DNA of 64,000 bases from NCBI GenBank assembly GCA_043228905.1, contig JBHGNT010000020.1, forward strand, positions 15,810,001-15,874,000, read 5' to 3'. This stretch comes from Azolla caroliniana. Lineage: Eukaryota > Plantae > Polypodiophyta. The notes under the pieces are model-generated. The model did not search any database. It saw nothing but the letters and a program-made list of their open reading frames with translations, and had not been told where the DNA came from. Shown here in pieces: positions 52,369 to 61,300 of the stretch (position 1 is the stretch's first letter; the number at the start of each line of letters is the position of its first letter). The position numbers and the translations under genes were made by a program.

Positions 52369-55300
52369 GACACTATCCCCCCTTTAAAACGACGAGTGTC
52401 ACGAGTCGTCTTGGATTGAGGACCCGGTTTGTGTGGATATTGACGATGGAAGTCTTCAAGAAGAGCACGAGCATTGGTTACATTCTCGATCGGTTCCCAA
52501 GTACGTTCGCTGGGACTATAGCCTAGCCAATCGACTAGATAGTAGAGCTTGTTGCGAACAATCTTGGAATCAAGAATGGCGGCAACCTCGTACTCCGGCC
52601 CATCTTCAAGCTCGATCGGGGGTGGAGGTTGGATAAGACGTTCTGGGATGGTGCTCTCGTGGTAGGGTTCGAAGAGAGAACTATGAAACACCGGATGTAT
52701 TCGAAGTTGAGGAGGTAGATCGAGACGAAAAGCAACATCATTAATCTTTCCAATAATACGGAAAGGACCTAATCGCCGATAATCCAACTTCTCACATGGG
52801 CGAGTAGTCTTGATGTGTCGTCGTAGCAACCACACCCGATCTCCAATATTAAAACTAGATGGAAGTCGATGACGATCCGCGTAGACCTTGTGTGTTTGTT
52901 GAGCTTGTTGGAGATGAGTAGATAAATCCGCTTGTATCTTGCGTAACCGCTCCAAACGATCCTCCGCGCACGGATTTGTGGACACCTCTGGGGTTTCAAG
53001 TACACTCCACCGGGGGTGACATCCCGTATAAGCATAAAATGGCGTAACTTTAGTGGATGCGTGGATAGAGTTGTTATAGGCAAATTCGGCGAAGTGGAGA
53101 ATATCTGCCCAGTCGTCCTGATGATAGCTGAGAAAGCACCGCAGATACTGCTCCAACGTTTGATTTGTTCGTTCAGCTTGGCCGTCAGTTTGTGGGTGGT
53201 AGCCGGAAGAGAGGTTACAAGTGACCTTGAGCATGTTAAAAAGGTGCTTCCAGAATTTTGACACGAACTGGGGTCCACGATCGCTGATGATACTATCGGG
53301 GAGTCCATGATGCCGACATACTTCACGCATGACAATTTCGGCAGTGTCTTCACTGGAGATCTCCTTAGTACATGGCAAGAAATGAGCCATCTTCGTATAT
53401 CGATCGACCACCGTTAGAATCGCATTGAACCCCTTAGAGACTGGAAGATCTGTGATGAAGTCTAGAGCAATGGATTGCCACGGCTTGCTTGGAATTGATA
53501 ATGGTTCTAATAAACCATATGGATGATGCCTTGGCATTTTCGCTCTGCAACATGTATCACAAGTCCGAACAAAATCCTCGACAAATTGTCGCATACAGGG
53601 CCACCAGAATGATCGTTGTACTAAATGTAATGTTTTAGTACTACCAAAATGCCCAGCTGTATATGTGTCATGACAGTTTTGTACTACTCGAAGGCGGCAA
53701 GAACCATTAGGAACATACAAAAGTTCTTTAAAGAAGAGTAATCCATCATGGTATTTGAATTGCCGATAGTCCGTACCTGGTGGTTGCGACTGTGAACACG
53801 ACGCTCGAGAGGGATCAATTTGTGCTAGTATAGCTTGGGCGAACGCATCTGTCTTCAAGTCTTCACGCATGGTATCGATAACGCGGGAATCCATAGGCAT
53901 GTCAAAGATTTGTGTTGCTTGTAATCGTGCCGGTCCCAAGATGACTTGTTTTTGGTTATCGAAGGCTGGCTCGCCGGGACGGGGTGCTAGATACGAACGC
54001 CGTGATAATGCATCTGCCTTCCCTTGGTGCCTCCCCGGACGATATGTAATTTTGAAGTCGAAACGCGTGAGGAAGTGGGCCCACCGAGCTTGACGTCGAT
54101 TCAACACACGAGCATCCTGAAAGTAGGCAAGATTCTTGTGGTCACTAAATACGGTAACTGGATGAGAGGATCCCTCCAGAAAATGCCTCCATTGCATAAA
54201 AGAATCCACTATTGCCAATAGCTCCTTATCATGGATTTCGTAGTTGATTTCGGCGGCATCAAACTTGCGTGAGTGAAAAGCCACAGGATGTAGCTTTTCA
54301 TCATTCCCCTGTTGTGACAGAATGCTCCCCAATGCAAAATCCGATGCGTCAGCTTCGATAATGAATGGTTTCTCCGGATCGACATGAGCTAGAATTGGAG
54401 CCGATGTAAATGCTTTTTTAAGACTCTCGAAAGCCATGTCCGTTTCTTCAGACCAGATGAACGGTTGTCCCTTCCTGGTAAGTTGTGTGAGAGGTAGAAC
54501 GATCTTTGAGTAATCCTGTATGAACTTCCGGTAAAAATTGGCAAAGCCTAAGAAGCATTGCACATCCCGTACCGAACGCGGAGTCTGCCATTCTACCACC
54601 GTTCTGACCTTAGCTGGGTCCATGGAGATGCCTTCTAACGAAATGATGTAGCCGAGAAATTCCACTTGGTTGCACCCGAAACTACATTTTTCTAGCTTTG
54701 CATACAGACCATGTTCTCGAAGTCGTTTTAGTACTAATAGTACATGAGAATCATGTTCTTCTTGGGTCTTTGAATAAACCAGTAGATCATCCAAATAGAT
54801 GATCAAACAATCATCCAATAGATCTCGGAATATATCATTAGCCATGTGCTGGAAGACTGCCGGCGCATTAGTGAGGCCGAACGGCATGACAGTATACTCG
54901 AAGTGCCCATATCTGGTGCGAAACGCGGTCTTCCATTCGTCTCCTGGTCGGATCCGTACGAGGTTATATGCTCCCCGTAAGTCGATCTTCGTGAAGAACC
55001 TGGCACCATTGATCCGTTCTAAAAGACTTGAGATAAGGGGAAGAGCATACCTATTCCTGATTGTAACCTTATTCAAGCCACGGTAATCTACAACGAGACG
55101 AAGCGATCCATCTTTTTTCTTGACGAAGAAAATGGGCGCACCGGCTGGAGATTTCGAATGCCGAATGAAACCATTTTCCAAATTCTCCTCTATATAGGCC
55201 CGAAGGACTTCCAGCTCGGTTGGTGACAAATTGTAGATCGGTCCCCATGGCGGCTCTTTTCCCGGTTGTAAATCGATGGGGCAATCGTACGGTCGATGAT

Positions 55301-55961
55301 GAGGAAGTGTGTTGGCTTGTACTTTATCGAACACATCGGTGTAATGGCGATACTTCTCGGGAAGTTGAACGGTGGATTCTTCTTTAGTGGTGTTGGAGGG
55401 GTTTACTGATATTGCAAAGAGGAACATTTCCTCCTTGTGCCCTTCTTTACGCAACTGACGTAGCGAAATGGTTGCCATCTTCTGAGTTGACCCTTGGGTT
55501 TGTCGACACCGGATTTCTCTTGTTCTCCAATCTATGTCAGGGTTATGTAACTCGAACCACGGTAGTCCTAAAACTATAGGATGTTCTGGGATACTAATAA
55601 TATTAAATGATACTACACATACTAAGTTATCTAGGACAATATTAATGGGCTCTGACTCTTCTAGGATATTTCCGGAAGCAATGGGACGTCCATCAATGAC
55701 TACTACAGAGGCTGGACACTGGAGTTTTCTTAGGGATATCTTATGAGCTTGAGCAAATTTCTTATCCATAAAGCAAGAGTTAGCTCCGGAATCTAGGAGT
55801 GCTAGGACATGTACTGGAGGGGTACTTTTAGTACTAACTATTACTTGGGCTACGAACACATCACTAACTTGCTTAGAGGGAATGGAACCACTAATGGGCT
55901 GCACAGATCTAGGGCTGTCCAACCAAACGGCTCCTATTTTGGCTGGACTTAGTCGTTTAAC
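52365..55961 (-). CDS. pol: Pol polyprotein: aspartic protease, reverse transcriptase, RNase H, integrase, chromodomain; probably made as a -1 frameshift fusion to Gag
   Basis: Uninterrupted ORF: LLDSGA (PR), [10 protein letters not shown] and YLDD (RT), [10 protein letters not shown] (RH), HDTYTAGH...CDTC (HHCC), LDFITD/ISDRG/QAERTN (DDE), [12 protein letters not shown]...YLVDWLGY...TWEP (chromodomain). The track start at 55922 is a TTG; the frame is open through the slippery site at 55955-55961. Confidence 0.95.
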   Translation of the reverse strand, partial: VKRLSPAKIGAVWLDSPRSVQPISGSIPSKQVSDVFVAQVIVSTKSTPPVHVLALLDSGANSCFMDKKFAQAHKISLRKLQCPASVVVIDGRPIASGNILEESEPINIVLDNLVCVVSFNIISIPEHPIVLGLPWFELHNPDIDWRTREIRCRQTQGSTQKMATISLRQLRKEGHKEEMFLFAISVNPSNTTKEESTVQLPEKYRHYTDVFDKVQANTLPHHRPYDCPIDLQPGKEPPWGPIYNLSPTELEVLRAYIEENLENGFIRHSKSPAGAPIFFVKKKDGSLRLVVDYRGLNKVTIRNRYALPLISSLLERINGARFFTKIDLRGAYNLVRIRPGDEWKTAFRTRYGHFEYTVMPFGLTNAPAVFQHMANDIFRDLLDDCLIIYLDDLLVYSKTQEEHDSHVLLVLKRLREHGLYAKLEKCSFGCNQVEFLGYIISLEGISMDPAKVRTVVEWQTPRSVRDVQCFLGFANFYRKFIQDYSKIVLPLTQLTRKGQPFIWSEETDMAFESLKKAFTSAPILAHVDPEKPFIIEADASDFALGSILSQQGNDEKLHPVAFHSRKFDAAEINYEIHDKELLAIVDSFMQWRHFLEGSSHPVTVFSDHKNLAYFQDARVLNRRQARWAHFLTRFDFKITYRPGRHQGKADALSRRSYLAPRPGEPAFDNQKQVILGPARLQATQIFDMPMDSRVIDTMREDLKTDAFAQAILAQIDPSRASCSQSQPPGTDYRQFKYHDGLLFFKELLYVPNGSCRLRVVQNCHDTYTAGHFGSTKTLHLVQRSFWWPCMRQFVEDFVRTCDTCCRAKMPRHHPYGLLEPLSIPSKPWQSIALDFITDLPVSKGFNAILTVVDRYTKMAHFLPCTKEISSEDTAEIVMREVCRHHGLPDSIISDRGPQFVSKFWKHLFNMLKVTCNLSSGYHPQTDGQAERTNQTLEQYLRCFLSYHQDDWADILHFAEFAYNNSIHASTKVTPFYAYTGCHPRWSVLETPEVSTNPCAEDRLERLRKIQADLSTHLQQAQQTHKVYADRHRLPSSFNIGDRVWLLRRHIKTTRPCEKLDYRRLGPFRIIGKINDVAFRLDLPPQLRIHPVFHSSLFEPYHESTIPERLIQPPPPIELEDGPEYEVAAILDSKIVRNKLYYLVDWLGYSPSERTWEPIENVTNARALLEDFHRQYPHKPGPQSKTTRDTRRFKGGIVS
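52373..52385 (-). other. Polypurine tract (PPT)
   Basis: Minus strand AAAGGGGGGATAG directly precedes the TG of the 3' LTR. Confidence 0.92.
55910..55961 (-). other. Programmed -1 ribosomal frameshift signal
   Basis: G_UUA_AAC in the gag frame, 6-nt spacer GACUAA, 11-bp stem GUCCAGCCAAA/UUUGGUUGGAC, loop UAGG(A)GC complementary to downstream GCCCUA; pol is in the -1 frame. Confidence 0.8.
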
Positions 55962-56216
55962 TCTTCTTCTAACTGACTAAGGACATCAAATTTGTTTGCT
56001 AGATCTGGGATATTAGTACTATTAGGACTATCAGATATCCCTACTGAAATAGGCTCGGATTTAGTACAATTAGAACTAGCGACTATTTGGTTTACCTGTC
56101 TTCTTGGCCTATGGGGGCAATTTATTGCGATATGTCCTGGTCCACCGCAGTAAAGACATAGTCGATTTGTACGGCGTCGCTGCTTTTCTTCTTCGGATAA
56201 TGGCCCTCGACGACGT
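55949..56216 (-). pseudogene. gag: gag 3' fragment (nucleocapsid zinc knuckle)
   Basis: [33 protein letters not shown] (CX2CX4HX4C) ending in TAA at 55949. Confidence 0.92.
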
Positions 56217-56982
56217 TGTCGTAGTGTATTTCGTACACTACGTGAAAAAGTAAAAATAATATAAATGATTAAATTACATATAAATAAATAAAATAAGAAT
56301 ATCAAAATATTTATCACGTGCATAGGGCAAGATTCGAACCTTGTACCTCCACGTAGCCAAACTTCAACTTTACCATTATGCTACCTTATCTTTAGTGTTC
56401 TATAAATAGATTTAATAACTATAAGTGCTTTATTTGCGCCTACCTTTATTAAAAAGGTAAATCATGCATTTTTAGAGTGCGTGAATATTTTATAGAAAAA
56501 CGCAAGCAACTAAAAAGTGACTCATGCACATCTAGCGTGCATGAGCACTATATTTAGCAAATAAAAGCAAGGATTAGAAAAGCATCACATGCACATTTAG
56601 TGTGCATGAACATATTAGAAAAAAAAAGCATGTAGCTATGCTTAGTCTCTCCCATCACTACATAAGGATGGGGAGCACAATGTAATAGGTGTGTGAAAAA
56701 TATTTGGGAAATTGGATATATTTCCTAAAACACCAATTAATAAACTATACTCGTGGGATTCACGAGAATTCTATATCATTCTCTTTCAACCGAAGTTTAT
56801 ATTCTTATATTCATATTGATTAATCTAATACAATACACTCGTGGGATTCACGAGTTTGCTATAACTCTTTCTTACAACATATTTATATTCTTATTAGCCT
56901 TAAAACTCTCCTCTTCCTAGTCCAAAACCTCAGTGGTTCCCACCCGACTCACGCAAACGATCCGGAGCCGAAAGGCACGACA
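56217..56982. mobile_element. Nested 766-bp solo-LTR-like insertion from a different family
   Basis: Termini TGTCGT...ACGACA, 4-bp TSD ACGT at 56213-56216 and 56983-56986, AT-rich, non-coding. Removing it restores the gag frame. Confidence 0.85.
56320..56390 (-). promoter_or_regulatory. Degenerate tRNA-like segment with Pol III A and B boxes inside the nested insert
   Basis: Minus strand A box TAGCATAATGG (56383-56373), B box GGTTCGAATCT (56340-56330), 32-nt spacing. Confidence 0.55.
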
Positions 56983-57870
56983 ACGTGTAGTGTCAATCTC
57001 CATCGGAGTCGGAGTATTCGCTGGAGACGCATTATATGACTCCCTCGGAAAAGGTCTTGCTACCACTGAGGCGTAGGTGGGCTCTGATCTTGCCCTCGGC
57101 ATCTGTAGCTGTCGTTCCGAACGTCGCTCAAAGAGGCGGTTGTCACATCTCACCGCACGACTGATTGCTTCTGTTAAGGACTTTGGCTCTTCGGGGAAGG
57201 TCAAGAGTAAATCCTTGACGTCGTTGCGTAAACCATAACGGAATTGCTCCATCAACGCTTGATCATCCCAAGGGATATCGGCGGCGAGTAGGCGAAAATC
57301 TGCAGCGTATGCGGAGGCTGGACGGTCACCTTGGCGTAATCGCCGGATTTTGTTGATTGCGGTCCTGATGCTGTCAGTATCTCCGAAACATGCTTTAAAC
57401 TCACCTAGAAACTCTTCAAAATTGTTGAGTAACGGAGATTCCTTTTCTAATAGTGGAGCGAACCATGACAACGCTGAGCCACTTAACAAAGTGCCTACTA
57501 AACCCACTCGTGATGCATCGGTGGGATATCGGGAAGGATGCATTTGAATAACTAATCGTACCTGGTTAAGGAACCCTCTAAACTGCGATCGCGTTCCATC
57601 GAACTTCGTGGGAAGGCCAATCTTAGGTTCTTTATGAATCCCTTGTGTTCCGGGCCCATGTTGTTGCATCGCTACGATGGTGGCTTCGAGTTGTTGCACG
57701 CGTAACGCAAGTTCCCCATGTTGTTGTTGCGTTTGCTGCTTTTCTAAGGAGATTTGCTGAAGATCCCCCAGCAACCGTTGGTTTTCTTGTTCCAAAGCAT
57801 GGAACTTCTCCTTCAAGCATTGGAATTCCGAGAAAACAGATTGATATTCTTCAGCGCTAACAGTGGCCAT
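56983..57870 (-). pseudogene. gag: gag 5' fragment (coiled coil plus Ty3-type capsid), interrupted by the insertion
   Basis: ATG at 57870; PKIGLPTKFDGTRSQFRGFL, LRQGDRPASAYAADF (MHR-like), PMEID. Reconstituted Gag is 383 aa (...EIDTTR/RRGPLS...). Confidence 0.93.
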
Positions 57871-57929
57871 GGGATGAAAGAAAAGAGGAATAAAAGATTA
57901 GTAGGAAATGAGAGAGACAGAAGGTAGGA

Positions 57930-57941
57930 AAATTGGTTCAA
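57930..57941 (-). other. Self-priming-type primer binding site
   Basis: Minus strand TTGAACCAATTT, 2 nt after the 5' LTR, with no TGG start; exactly complementary to AAATTGGTTCAA at 58165-58154 in the LTR. Confidence 0.8.
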
Positions 57942-58047
57942 ACTGTCATGAACAGTACTGAGACAGAGAAGGAATTAGTACTAAACGAAGGATTAGTACT
58001 ATGAGAGGTGTGGAACTTCTTCGAGAGAAGGAAGAAGTGAGCGAGAC

Positions 58048-58086
<39 letters not shown>

Positions 58087-58191
58087 TGATAAGAAAGATA
58101 TTTATTATATGAAGAGAATATACAACGGTGGCTAAAAAGGCTTAAGACTGGCGTTGAACCAATTTGGTTCAACATAATGCCTAGTGCCCTC

Positions 58192-58198
58192 TTTTATA
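58192..58198 (-). promoter_or_regulatory. TATA box of the LTR promoter
   Basis: Minus strand CTATAAAAG; the first T is 33 nt upstream of the predicted self-primer 5' end at 58165. Confidence 0.75.
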
Positions 58199-58202
58199 GT
58201 GT

Positions 58203-58257
58203 TTTCAGGAGTAATCCTGAAGCTTCTAGAATGTTCCAGAGAAATCTGGAATATACA
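58203..58257. promoter_or_regulatory. Heat shock element (nGAAn) array in U3 (copy at 52193-52247)
   Basis: TTC-ag-GAG-ta-ATC-ct-GAA-gc-TTC-ta-GAA-tg-TTC-ca-GAG-aa-ATC-tg-GAA-ta-TAC: four consecutive perfect units (58218-58237) within 11 in-phase units. Confidence 0.75.
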
Positions 58258-58305
58258 CTAATTTCCTATAATAAAATGTAAATGAAAATAATATCCTACG
58301 TATTA

Positions 58306-58378
58306 CAATAGATGGTCTAATGGTCAAGACCTCGACCCATATAACCTAAGGTCATGGGTTCGAGTCTTGCCATATCAT
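58306..58378 (+). promoter_or_regulatory. Degenerate tRNA-like segment with Pol III A and B boxes (5' LTR copy), pointing outward into the satellite
   Basis: A box 58313-58323, B box 58357-58367. Confidence 0.55.
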
Positions 58379-58382
58379 GACA

Positions 58383-61300
58383 GTCCCTCCTCAAATTTGC
58401 TAATTCTTTCATGTCTCTCGACCTGAGTTTCAAAATCTTGATTTTTTAATTCCATAAGATAGCTAGCATTGTTAGCTTCGATAAGCATGTTTGAACACAA
58501 AAATCCATTATCACACGAGCCAGGTATGAACATTTTAATTTACTCAGGGGCTCTTCTCAACTCCCTCCTCAAATTTGCTAATTTCTTCATGTCTCTCGAC
58601 CTGAGTTTCAAAATCTTGATTTTTTAATTCCATGTCATAGCTAGGGTTCTGAGCTTCCATTCGCATCTTTGAACACAAAAATCCGATATCACACGAGCCA
58701 GGTATGACCATTTTAATTTAGTCACGGGCTCTTCTCAAGTCCCTCCTCAAATTTGCTAATTTCTTCATGTCTCTCGACCTGAGTTTCAAAATCTTGAGTT
58801 TTTAATTCCATGTCATAGCTAGAGTTGTGAGCTTCGATTCGCATGTACGAACACAAAAATCCGATATCACACGAGCGAGGTATGACCATTTTAATTTACT
58901 CATGGGTTCTTCTCAAGTCCCTCCTCAAATTTGCTAATTCCTTCATGTCTCTTGACCTAAGTTTGAAAATCTTGATTTTTTAATTCCATGTCATAGGTAG
59001 GGTTGTGAGCTTCCATTCGCATCTTTGAACACAAAAATCCGATATCACACGAGCCAGGTATGACCATTTTAATTTACTCACGGGCTCTTGTCAACTCCCT
59101 CCTCAAATTTGCTAATTTCTTCATGTCTCTCGACCTGAGTTTCAAAATCTTGATTTTTTAATTCTATATCATAGCTAGCATTGTTAGCTTCGATAAGCAT
59201 GTTTGAACACAGAAATCCGATATCACACGAGCCAGGTATGACCATTTTAATTTACTCAGGGGCTCTTCTCAACTCCCTCCTCAACTTTGCTAATTTTTTC
59301 ATGTCTCTCGACCTGAGTTTCAAAATCTTGATTTTTAAATTCAATAAGATAGCTAGCTTTGTTAGCTTCGATTTGCATCTTTGAACACAAAAATCCGATA
59401 TCACACGAGCGAGGTATGACCATTCTAATTTACTCATGGGCTCTTCTCAAGTCCCTCCTCAAATTTGCTAATTCCTTCATGTCTCTTGACCTGAGTTTCA
59501 AAATCTTGATTTTTTAATTCCATAAGATAGCTAGCGTTGTTAGCTTCGATTCGCATCTTTGAACACAAAAATCCGATATCACACGAGCCAGGTATGACCA
59601 ATTTAATTTACTCACAGGCTCTTCTCAAGTCCCTCCTCAAATTGGCTAATTTCTTCATGTCTCTCGACCTGAGTTTCAAAATCTTGATTTTTTAATTCCA
59701 TAAGATAGCTGGGGTTGTGAGCTTCGATTTGCATGTTTGATCACAAAAATCCATTATCACACGAGCCAGGTATGAACATTTTAATTTACTCACGGGCTCT
59801 TCTCAAGTCCCTCCTCAAATTTGCTAATTTCTTCATGTCTCTCGACCTGAGTTTCAAAATCTTGATTTTTTAATTCCATGTCATAGCTAGGGTTCTGAGC
59901 TTCCATTCGCATGTTTGAATACAGAAATCCGATATCACACGAGCCAGGTATGACCATTTTAATTTACTCACGGGCTCTTCTCAAGTCCCTCCTCAAATTT
60001 GCTAATTTCTTCATGTCTCTCGACCTGAGTTTCAAAATCTTGAGTTTTTAATTCCATGTCATAGCTAGAGTTGTGAGCTTCGATTCGCATGTTCGAACAC
60101 AAAAATCCGATATCACACGAGCGAGGTATGACCATTTTAATTTACTCATGGGTTCTTCTCAAGTCCCTCCTCAAATTTGCTAATTCCTTCATGTCTCTCG
60201 ACCTGAGTTTCAAAATCTTGATTTTTTAATTATATATCATAGCTAACGTTGTTAGCTTCGATTCGCATGTTTGAACACAAAAATCCGATATCACACGAGC
60301 CAGGTATGACCATTTTAATTTACTCACAGGCTCTTCTCAAGTCCCTCCTCAAATTGGCTAATTCCTTCATGTCTCTCGACCGGAGTTTCAAAATCTTGAT
60401 TTTTTAATTCCATAAGATAGCTAGGGTTGTGAGCTTCGATTTGCATGTTTGATCACAAAAATCCATTATCACACGAGCCAGGTATGAACATTTTAATTTA
60501 CTCACGGGCTCTTCTCAAGTCCCTCCTCAAATTTGCTAATTTCTTCATGTCTCTTGACCTGAGTTTCAAAATCTTGATTTTTTAATTCCATGTCATAGCT
60601 AGGGTTGTGAGCTTCGATTCGCATGTTTGAACACAAAAATCCGATATCACATGAGCCAGGTATGACCATTTTAATTTACTCACGGGCTCTTGTCAACTCC
60701 CTCCTCAAATTTGCTAATTTCTTCATGTCTCTTGACCTGAGTTTCAAAATCTTGATTTTTTAATTCCATGTCATAGCTAGGGTTGTGAGCTTCCATTCAC
60801 ATCTTTGAACTCAAAAATCCGATATCACACGAGCCAGGTATGACCACTTTAATTTACTCACGGGCTCTTCTCAATTCCCTTCTCAAATTTGCTAATTTCT
60901 TCATGTCTCTGGACCTGAGTTTCAAAATCTTGATTTTTTAATTCCATGTCATAGCTAGGGTTGTGAGCTTCGATTCGCATCTTTGAACACAAAAATCTGA
61001 TATCACACGAGCCAGGTATGACCATTTTAATTTACTCACAGGCTCTTCTCAAGTCCCTCCTCAAATTGGCTAATTCCTTCATGTCTGTCGACCTGAGTTT
61101 CAAAATCTTGATTTTTTAATTCCATAAGATAGCTAGGGTTGAGACCTTAGATTTGCATGTTTGATCACAAAAATCCATTATCACACGAGCCAGGTATGAA
61201 TATTTTAAATTACTCACGGGCTCTTTTCAACTCCCTCCTCAAATTTGCTAATTTCTTCATGTCTCTTGACCTGAGTTTCAAAATCTTGATTTTTTAATTC

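Larger units (their letters stand above)
51934..52372 (-). repeat. 3' LTR (439 bp)
   Basis: Direct repeat of 57944-58382 (offset 6010); differences seen only at 52070/58080 and 52320/58330; adjacent to the PPT. Confidence 0.97.
51934..58382 (-). mobile_element. Full-length Ty3/gypsy chromovirus LTR retrotransposon (Tcn1/Tf1-sushi-like), 6449 bp
   Basis: Two 439-bp LTRs with TGTCATGA...TCATGACA termini, TSD GTCCC at 51929-51933 and 58383-58387, PPT, gag, and PR-RT-RH-IN-chromodomain order. Clade assignment is inference, not a database result. Confidence 0.97.
57944..58382 (-). repeat. 5' LTR (439 bp)
   Basis: Direct repeat of 51934-52372, upstream of gag, followed on the plus strand by TSD GTCCC. 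Confidence 0.97.

Noticed and set aside
55949-56323. 124-aa ORF with hydrophobic N-terminus as a separate membrane protein
   Set aside because: The N-terminal part is AT-rich insert sequence read in frame by chance; the remainder is the detached gag C-terminus.
56239-56952. Insert removed as an intron (minus-strand GC|GTGAGT donor, U-rich...CGTAG acceptor)
   Set aside because: Donor is phase 0 and acceptor phase 2 relative to gag, so splicing shifts frame and hits a TAG stop before pol. RNA-seq could still reveal other donors.
56217-56982. Helitron, MITE or hammerhead retrozyme
   Set aside because: It has a TSD and TG...CA ends (not TC...CTRR), only a 6-bp terminal inverted repeat, and no CTGANGA...GAAA hammerhead core around GCCGAAAGGC.
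52433-57860. Alternative-frame and antisense ORFs overlapping gag and pol (e.g. 52769-53353, 54799-55086, 57645-57860)
   Set aside because: Shadow ORFs of the real coding frames with no motifs.
57925-57943. Canonical tRNA-Met PBS
   Set aside because: No TGG (complement of CCA) follows the 5' LTR; the sequence instead matches the element's own LTR.
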